Position numbers and translations under genes: made by a program
The notes under the pieces: generated by a model
The model's input: only the letters and a program-made list of their open reading frames with translations
Databases searched by the model: none
Told to the model about the DNA's origin: nothing
Shown here: positions 55,214 through 64,000 of the stretch, one piece after another
Numbering within the stretch: the first letter of the stretch is position 1
Layout: each line of letters opens with the position of its first letter
Assembly (NCBI GenBank): GCA_040954595.2
Contig: CM082577.2
Span: forward strand, 3,181,703-3,245,702
Length of the DNA stretch: 64,000 bases
DNA from: Balanoglossus misakiensis
Lineage: Eukaryota > Animalia > Hemichordata
Reading direction: 5' to 3'

Positions 55214-55333
55214 CTTTTTATACACGAATAACAACCGGTCACGTGCCTCAAAATGACGTCACCTACTACCTGACTAAGCGAACCGTTCGATGTTCGTCGA
55301 TTCAACGTTGCCGTCTTGTTGGCGGTTGCGCAC
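55214..55333 (-). promoter_or_regulatory. Putative promoter of the His-rich gene: TATA, GTCACGTG E-box, TGACGTCA CRE, TGCGCAC MRE-core match
   Basis: Motifs at ~55214-55221, 55238-55245, 55254-55261 and 55327-55333. Confidence 0.5.
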
Positions 55334-56584
55334 AAGGCACGACACAGAGAATTGTGGGATAGAATTATTGGCCGGAAACTGATATCGTCTGTATGTCCTA
55401 CATTGGTTGTCAACGACCATTGCGCATTATGTACGACGCATGCACGGGGAAATACAGGTACATGTATGTGACATACACTGTTCATGTATTAGTAATACAT
55501 GTCGGCGCGCGAGGAAGAAAAATGCGGGAGACAGGCCGTGGACGACAACAGTGCAGTAACCCTAGTTTATCCAGTTTGATTATTTTGTGGCCCTCAGCAG
55601 CTAGAAGATCAACAGCAGTTATTTTTTTCTAAATAATGAATGTATGTCGTCCTTATTAAAAACAGGTTAACCTAAAAATGGCGCCCTCATCAAGGACAAT
55701 GTACGCCTGTGCTGGGTTCATATGTCATGTATATAAAGGAGTACGCCCACGTAAAAAACAACAACAACCCGACGTCGACTCAACATCGCTGTTGCTTGAG
55801 TAATGACACAATAAACTAACAATCGAGGCCAATCATTTCGGGGGCATAACCCTCCCAATATATTATAGAAATCTTACATCAGAGAACAGTTGTTACTGCC
55901 TCTATAGTTACGGCACAGTGCAGTATTCGTCGCTGCGCTGCTTCTTTGGTTGTTGTGGACCGGGTAGAAATAGTGGCGGGAGCAGCCTCTGTGTTGAGGC
56001 AAGGTTTTAGTCCTGATATTGAAACCGACAGGACGAAAATAGAGTGGAAATCCTGTCAGACGAAAACATGAGCAAGCAATGCTTCTCAGCTCAGTCACAA
56101 CACTTGACGATAAAAGTCTTCGTCGAACACAACGCCCTCTACGTTGAAAATTACTAACTGACGGTGAGCATCTCGTCTGAATGACTGCTGCTTCTGTATC
56201 ACTGTCATCATCTGTGTGTCAGAGTAGAGAATATTTTCGCATTCTCGTCCATGATGGGAATCGGTGAACATAGAAACAGCACAATACACTGTCTGTTTGC
56301 TGCGATCTAACCGTACAAATGCAGTCGACTGAATCAACAGGTTGTCTGATTCACAGTGTCTGATTGGATCCATTAGGAATTCCCGGTGCCACCTGTCCAA
56401 TATTCGAATGGTGCTATCGCAAAGCAGGCGCGCTTTTATAGCCATACATGTTTGTGACGCTATACTGACGTCTGTGACGTTGACTTCATGAAATGCTTGT
56501 CTGGTATATTTTACAGTGTCATTCATCACCGCGAGTCATTGAATACTTCAAAAGATAAAAGAATCGTTGGTACCATGATGTGGG

Positions 56585-56699
56585 CTGGCCCTGCGTACAG
56601 GTCTGTGTGCTCCCGGTGTTACACGGCCTCCACCAGTAGATATTGATGTGGTGGAGGCCATGTAACGCCGGGAGAACGCAGACATGTACGCAGGGCTAG
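56585..56699. mobile_element. 115-bp palindromic insertion (51-bp arms) flanked by a 7-bp direct repeat ATGTGGG
   Basis: Arms 56585-56635 and 56649-56699 are reverse complements with 6 differences; ATGTGGG at 56578-56584 and 56700-56706. Confidence 0.8.
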
Positions 56700-56724
56700 A
56701 TGTGGGATTTGTTTACAACAAGCG

Positions 56725-57555
56725 CTGCATGCAAGCCAACGCCGACATTACCAGTACTTGCTGTGAAAGTCTTTGTTATGATGACGTCAAAAGCTATATT
56801 TAATCAGGGGGCTTCCCAAACTTGAAGTCCAGGTCAATGCTAGAAAAAAGTTGCGTGTTGCTAAAACAGACGATGACTTATTTGTTGACCGAACATTATG
56901 AAACCAAAAGGTGAATAAAAGGGCCGGTCCCTACAACTTGTCTACGTGCAGATGTAACGTCGTCATTAGGACCTTGCATTTTCACGGGAGGGAGACAGAA
57001 AAGACCATGGACACCTCTGTTGCGTTGTCAAATAATCTCTATTGGTACCGTGGTGTGGATTTTGTTTTATCACAACGAACATTTGCACACGCGATGCCAG
57101 GTGCTGATGCAAGCCAACGCCGACATTACTAGTCCATGTTATGATGACGCCATGGGTTATATCTAAACATGGGGCTTCCCAAAGTCCGAGTCAATATTAA
57201 GCCTGGTCGAATGCCAAAAGAGTTGCGCGCTAAACCAGACAATGACTTTATTTGTTGACCGGACAAAATGAAACCGATAGGCGAATTTCATCATACGAGG
57301 TGTATAAGAGGGCCGGTCCCTACAAAGCCTACAAGTCAGTTCTACACGCTTGTCTACGTGCAGATGTAACGTCGTCATTGGACTGTCATGTCGCTGTCGG
57401 AGAACAGTTTTTGTTCATGAACTTTATAAGCATTGCAGTTGATTGACTTTATTTGCTGTTTAAGACTAAAATACCCGTCGTGTTGTACCAGATTTGGGAC
57501 CTTGCATTGTTAACGGAAGTGAGTAAGAAAAGACCTACCATGGACACCTCTTGTG
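56725..57555 (+). repeat. Diverged tandem duplication of a promoter + start-codon cassette
   Basis: ~56725-57020 aligns with ~57105-57555 (gcaagccaacgccgacattac...ggggcttcccaaa...tatttgttgacc...gggccggtccctacaa...cttgtctacgtgcagatgtaacgtcgtcatt...accATGGACACCTCT). Confidence 0.85.
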
Positions 57556-58076
57556 AAACAGGCAACTCATCAACTGGTGCAGTCGGCGTGGAGGCTGCGG
57601 GAGCGACTACCTCCATGCCCATACCTAGTCCAGAGACAAACTCGATCGGCGGAAACGTGCTCAATACTGCTAGTGGCGACACAACTAGCAACCGCGCGGC
57701 GGGCACTGGCAAGAATCGATGGTCGCTGCGTTTGCGGCGCAACTCCAGCGGACAACTGCCGGAGGACCCTACGCAGTCGTCAGGATGCGGAGACGGGGAC
57801 ACGAACAACAACACCAAAGCTGCAAAATGCCCGACGAGCGCACCGGTATGTCACTACGGGTTACCCTACTTTGATAATCGCGGGACTGCTGACGGCAGCA
57901 CATCGAATAACCAGCGCCCGCACGAGTTATACGAGAGGCGTCCTTTCAACCACCGACACCTTCATTACCCAATGGACTGTCACGTGTACTACCGCCTGTA
58001 CTTCAGTCGCTGTGGCGCTCTGAACAAGCCGTCTTGGCCCACCGACACTGACATGATGGTCGGAGGGTGGGACTGA
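57540..58076 (+). CDS. Intronless orphan protein (178 aa; Ser/Thr/Gly-rich N-half, His/Tyr/Cys-rich C-terminus)
   Basis: accATGG Kozak context at 57540, GC-rich ORF, AT-rich 3' flank, upstream TATA-like gtataag (~57302); no recognisable domain. Confidence 0.55.
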   Translation: MDTSCETGNSSTGAVGVEAAGATTSMPIPSPETNSIGGNVLNTASGDTTSNRAAGTGKNRWSLRLRRNSSGQLPEDPTQSSGCGDGDTNNNTKAAKCPTSAPVCHYGLPYFDNRGTADGSTSNNQRPHELYERRPFNHRHLHYPMDCHVYYRLYFSRCGALNKPSWPTDTDMMVGGWD

Positions 58077-60014
58077 AATGATCGAATGGAATCGCCCAAA
58101 AACGCTCAGCAGGGTAAATATGATTGATGGGCATCAATGTCGCGAAGAGGAAATTAAACTCTCAAAATTTAGCAGAAACTACTGACATTTTGACAAACAA
58201 TTTATCAGAGCGTTCTGGTAACATGACAAATGTCGGACAGAGCAAATGACTTTGAACCCTAAGTATAAAGTCCTGATAGTTTAACAGGCCTAGCAGTCTT
58301 ATGTTCATTTACCAAGCCTCATGATGTAGATACTTGTATCCCTTTCTTTGACCATGTTGCGTTGAGAATTTTAATGATTAATTGTACATATTTTCTGTAA
58401 TCTGTTTAAGTCGTGTTGTACATAAATTGTATTCCGTTTTGTTTCAAGTCTATACGTGTTAGAAAGAAAATATTAAACGTGTGACCCACCAAGTATCCGT
58501 GTGATATGGCCGTGTATTGATTATTGAACTACTTATAGCCATATTCCTGAGAATGTGTTCCCTTGGTAAAATCTGTCAAGTTCTCTTATGATGATGCTGT
58601 GTTCTTGTCCGCCTACTTTCAATGTCAAAGTCTGTGACGAGAGTTCGACCTTGAACTCGCCCGCTGCCAGCATACCGCGCGTCACAATTCATCAAGAAAA
58701 AACTAATAAGTCCCGAGAGAAATTCGACACCCGTTCGACAATCAGATATTAAACTGGAAATTAAAATGGAGTCATAATTGACATCCTTGATGGAAAAGGC
58801 GACGTATTAATCAACAGAGTGGCACTTGATATTGGTCCAACACTGTTTCTGATACGATAAAATAATGACAGCTGATTTGACAGATGAACGCTACAATTGG
58901 TTGGCATAGTAAATGCTGGCCTGTCAGTCCATGACACTCAAGAACCTTCTCGCGACCACGTGACCTGGTCATCGCCGTCTCTTCCAAGACTGTCTCCCCG
59001 GTCTTTGACTTCAACTTTAAGGATATCGACCTACCGTTCTTCCCGTCTGGCCGAGTCGCCCAATCCTGTCACCATGGCATCACGTGTTTCTGTTGTTGCG
59101 TCCTTTGATAAATATTGAATCGTGCAAATAACACAAAAACTTGTAAACAAAGTTATCTCGTCTCTGTCATCGTGGGCTTGTTACGAAAACTATCGAAGGC
59201 TTCTTCCCCCCTCTCCCTCCCATTACCCCTCTCACAGACAGGCGACTCAAGATCCCCTCTCACTTATCGCACTATAGGTGGGCCTGAATTACATGTATCA
59301 TTCTTTCCATGGCATCTTTCAGTTCAGTGTCCCCGACAATCCTCGGCCGATTGTTAAAGCATCACTACTCTTTGAAAAGAAAATGCGGTCGTTAACCATT
59401 TATACACTTCAAAGAAACCACTCGTAGAATTGCGAGAAATACACCGGTCTATACCAACACATTAGTTTCTGATTCTGAAGGATCGCATGATGTTTACGAA
59501 AAGGTCAACCGAGCATGACGAATGTAGCCGTACCGCCGTGACCCCGCCGTGTTTACGCCATTTTTACCCCCATTTTAGGGACACTCAATAATACAATATG
59601 CCGGAGAACATGGGGCGTGTTGGGCGAGAGAACGTCCACGGCATAACTCAGCGTCAGACCGGACCACGTGTCCTCGTTTCAACTTTACCGGGTTAATTAC
59701 CACGACCATCTATTTCTGTGTAATGGATTGCACCGGATAGGGGGTTAATGGTGTGCTGAAATCCCACACCCATCCAGCAGATTCCCAACGTATATATATA
59801 TACCGAGGATATTTGTGCCCCTAGTCTAAACAAGCCTAAGGACGTCTCTGCAGTCAGGACCGGGAGCGGACTTGAGCAAGGCTATCTAGCGAAGACTAGT
59901 GGCGATTCCTGTCATTGTCCGACAAGTAAACGTCGTCATCTAGGGAAGAACTTCACGCCATCTTCACTTTCAACTTCTCTGTCGGGTTCTTGATAGCACG
60001 CAGTTGGAGCCAAG

Positions 60015-62914
60015 ATGAATTTGACCCAAGTTTTCCTCGTTTGCTTGATGGCCGTAACTGTCTCACTGGCAAAGAGGGGTAAGTTAGGATAAAACTATTT
60101 TCAAAAGCCCCAGGAAAGCCTAGTGTTCAATGTATACCTTTATTCTTGTCACATTATCATGTAAAATGCCTTTACCATACTATAACCAATCCCCGTGGCA
60201 ACACCACAACCCAAAACTGCATCCTCATCATCGCTATCGCCAAAATGGTATTCATCATCACCCGCATCTTTATGTAACACAGCCGTTACAATTTCATGAC
60301 GTCTTGACAGCCGTAGCCACAAAAGTCTATCCCCTCGCTACATGGATTCAATTTGCAAACCAATTTGACTCTATATCGTCACGGTTGTCTTTTGGTACGC
60401 GTAGCGTATTTATCATCATCAACAAGACGTTGTACTTGTATGTATAAGTTTTGTGCAAAGGATCGGATCAACTTCTATGTGTAGTGTCTATATATCAACG
60501 GAGTTTACCCAGACGACAGTTATGGAGTCCAACTGCCGACACTCGAGGATTTGCGGCCCCGCCAACATTCCGTCGCGTGCGCGTGAGCTACAGACCACAG
60601 ATACGTGTCGACATACTCACTTATTGTTCTTCATCAGATCATGCTCGACGCTGGGCAGGGTATGTGCAGAGAGATCCCCCGGAGCCAAATCTTGAAGTAT
60701 TCCGACAGTAATTACGTAAACACTGTTGCTTCTTATCAAGGGTCTGTCCCCATCCGGTGGAAACGCAACATCAACTCAACGTTGACAGAAATACGCAATT
60801 ATATTTCGACTGTGGCCATCTCAAGTTGCTTCATTTCGATATTTAGTAATTTTGTTTTGCATCGATTCGCTTTGCTCTGTTTTATCTTCCGAATGCATGG
60901 TACGGAACTGCTAATGGAAATGCTATAATTGCATATTTTTACAACTGCGAATTGAAACCGCTTTACTAATGTATCCGTACGACGGATAAGCCATATACAG
61001 TTAATCCGGGCTCGATATTTCCATCCTGCTGAGGTCCAAAATAGACTTTGTTATATAAACTGACGTGCACTTTAGGCCAGTTTTCTCTTATCCATGCAAC
61101 TTTCCGGGAGTGACGACCGTATTTCGTTTAAATTAAGTGGCAAATCCAAGTGACAGAAAAGCCCCTTCGAGCAAAACAACTGTGTCTCTGACGTCTTGTG
61201 ACGTGCGCGTCAGTGTGTGAATGAATACAAGTTCAAGGATTTACAGATGAAATAGCTCCACATAATCTCCGCGGGCATGGGTAGCAGCTAGCTCCCACTG
61301 TCTGCGGCAAGATTGACAACAAAGTCATGAACGTTGCATTTCAGTTATGAATTTTCTTTACCGTCTCAATCAGCACGGCTTCTAAGCGTCACGTGAGGGT
61401 TACCCAACTCGCTTAGCACAAACAGAAGAAAAAATACCAAGTGACGAGAAAAGCTGGAAAACAAAACCGTAGATTATTGCTTTCCGTTTATTTTAAATGC
61501 AGTGAGCCACGACACACCCCCATTTACGCGCCACTTTACCTTGAGTGGACAAAAGGGTCGAGATTGTACGGGGGAGCGCTCGGCTATTGGTACTAGATCG
61601 CACTGCTGCGACGTTTTGATCTTTTAACAATAACAAGAAAACTGTGACGATGGACAAATTCCGTATGTGCTTAACATTGTTTGAAGGGTCCTGGTAATGT
61701 ACATTCCGAACAACGTGTGTAAGATTAGTGTGTTTGGCAAGGATACGGCCAATGAATCCTAGCGTGTTTCACCAGTACTTGTGAAACACGCAACGTCCAA
61801 TCTGTTGCCGTTGTCGATTTTCTCCGTATCAATCACTCACTCTCACTCACTCATGCAATCAGTCAGTCAGTCAGTCAGTCAGTCAGTCAATCGATCGATC
61901 GATCACAATTTCTTCTTTTTGTCAAGTGGCTAATAATGAGTAAGTTGATTTGTTAGTTTGTTAGTTAGTTTAGTTAGTTAAAATGTTATTTAGTTACTAG
62001 TATTAGTTTTTTTTGCTGGCTGGCCAGTTGATGTTAGTACATGTAGTTAATTAGTACGTTCAAGAAAACCTATCTAGCTATCAAGCTAATCGTCATCAAT
62101 CAATAAATTCATGAAGCGTACCTACCCTAATCCAGACGATTACGACATATTTCTTATTTCGACCATAGATCCAAAGATAACGTGCGTCTGCGACCCACCA
62201 TGTAATCGAAAGGATTCCTGCAAGACACGGGGAGCCTGCTACACCAGTTATACGATGAACGGAAACGATGTCATGGTCATCAGAGGATGCGTCAAGTCGA
62301 AGAAAGTAACTGGCATTTGCAACGGTCCAGGGATGATGGTAAGTTTGTGCCTGGAACAGTTTTAACGATTCCGCGATGTTTATGTCGACAGTTCTTTTAT
62401 AGTCAAACGCAGACATTAAGCGCTTGAGAAACGTTTATGTAGGTCAAAGAACGCCTCAACATCCATTTGTTTCCCTCTTAAATTGACAAGCGTTTAATTA
62501 TTTCGGCAAACCTTTGTGGGAAACAGTATAAACGTTATCGAATGACACTGCCAACGCACTCGTAGACGTCACGAGAATTAAAATTACCTTCTCTCGACCA
62601 AAGCATGCGTTTGTTGTTTCTTTCCTCAGGACATCAGCTGCTGCTTTGACAGTATGTGCAACCAGACCCCGTCGGACGAGGACAGCTACTCATACTCCCA
62701 ATACGACAACGCGTACGGCGGCGACGACGCCAACATCGGCGGTGGCGACAAAGGTGACGCCAACGTCGGCGTCAACGATGGCGGTAACGGTGATGGCAAC
62801 GCTGGCGGTGGCGGTGGCGGTGACGGTGGCACCCACACCCGTGGACGTAGAAGTAGTAGTAGCAGCAGCAGCAGCAGTAGTAGCAGCAGTAGCTCCTCGT
62901 CAGAAGAAAAATGA
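60015..62914 (+). CDS. Small secreted protein: activin/TGF-beta type-I-receptor (BAMBI-like) three-finger ectodomain + acidic Gly-rich linker + RGRR + poly-Ser tail
   Basis: Exons 60015-60078 (signal peptide MNLTQVFLVCLMAVTVSLA), 62169-62338 and 62630-62914, phase-compatible; 10 Cys in the pattern CVCDPPC...C...GACY...RGC...IC...SCCFDSMCN; no hydrophobic transmembrane segment before the TGA. Confidence 0.8.
61830..61905. repeat. (CACT)n/(CAGT)n/(GATC)n microsatellite
   Basis: Consecutive tetranucleotide runs. Confidence 0.85.
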
Positions 62915-64000
62915 AATACTGAGTCGAAGAGGTAGCAGAGATGACGGAAAGAATCAGAAATTGAGACATTTATATTAACCTAGAACCAATCTCTGCGGTG
63001 TATACCCTCATCGAAATATAGCAAGGATCGACCCCTGACCACGAGAGCATAGGCCTACCTTGAGATCTAACTTAGACTAGACTTCGCCCGGTCATGAAGT
63101 TAATAGTCATGGATATATATTTCTTATATAATCTGTATATACAGAAGTCATATAAACAGTAAATATTCTTGGGATGCGAGATTTGTGCTTATTACTTCGT
63201 TTCACACGGTCTGACCTATCTTATATTTTCTTCCGACATGAAATTTTTTAACCGACTCTTATACTTCAGGTTTAATACTCCCGGATTAACCCCAACGCCT
63301 CAATATGTTGTTTTAAGATCATAAGCATCACGACACGTGGCACGTTAAAATTGTAACAACATCAATCAGGATCATCTCCGGGCTTATTTACAACAATTGC
63401 TAACAACCGATAATGGAAGTTGGCGCACTTGATCTCTTCATTACATTAATTGAGCATTTCCTGAATGTATAGTTTGGTCAATTAGACATCTTTATCTGCA
63501 TTAAACGTGTCACTGCATGTATTCATAGTGCGATGGCGAAAATAGTTCAAGGAGAAAATTGAAATTGTAGTCATGCTTATCCTGTTCGTCAGTGTGAAAC
63601 TCTAAAAGAAGGACAAACAGACAGACAGAAAGACAGACAGAATTATATTTATTCCTACCCTCTTCTTTACTGAAGGTGTACTTACAGTATTCTGGAATTA
63701 ATACCATCGAGATTAACTACCATTGACAAAAAACAATGGTCACTCAAAATTCCTAACTTTCGAAATGTAATTCTGTCAAAGTGTTAACATGTCCATTTCC
63801 TCTATTTCACATTTTCCTGTACCCTTTCCCCGAAATCATTATGTTTCTCTCGCGAGCCTGAGGCACTTGCAATGATGTAATTTGAATAGGGAGTGACGCC
63901 CCCACGTTTACCTGCAAGGCATGCAGTGAGTGACCAGCTGGACATTCACTAACTCGGACTATTTGTTCGTGTGGCAGCGCTAAGTAAGGTAGTATTATAG

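Noticed and set aside
56095-56529. 144-aa minus-strand ORF
   Set aside because: No recognisable motif, splice pattern or compositional support.
62646-62978. Thr/Ala/Val-rich 110-aa ORF that could supply a transmembrane segment
   Set aside because: It is in a different frame from the CC...CN-containing exon fixed by the phase-0 splice at 62630.

Overview
This is intron-rich eukaryotic genomic DNA from a marine-invertebrate-like animal (possibly a deuterostome; the taxon cannot be fixed from the window). No rRNA, tRNA or CRISPR was seen. Genes, left to right: (1) a secreted Reeler + EGF-repeat gene (minus, runs off the left end); (2) a mitochondrial medium-chain acyl-CoA synthetase (ACSM-like, minus); (3) two head-to-head PM20D2-like M20 peptidases showing patchwork homogenisation; (4) an 18-exon, ~955-aa secreted protein with a Hedgehog N-terminal (Hedge) domain between two peptidase-M15-like domains, no Hint/Hog domain, degenerate Zn ligands and furin-type sites (the most unusual element); (5) three tandem, diverged Rab7-like genes; (6) an intronless His/Gly/Cys-Pro-rich orphan; (7) a divergently oriented intronless orphan behind a duplicated NF-kB/CRE-bearing promoter; (8) a small secreted protein with a TGF-beta type-I-receptor/BAMBI-like ectodomain, no transmembrane segment and a poly-Ser tail. 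Several MITEs, fold-backs and microsatellites lie in introns and intergenic DNA. Exon structures were assembled by eye from GT/AG sites and reading phase, and family calls come from motif recognition, not database searches.
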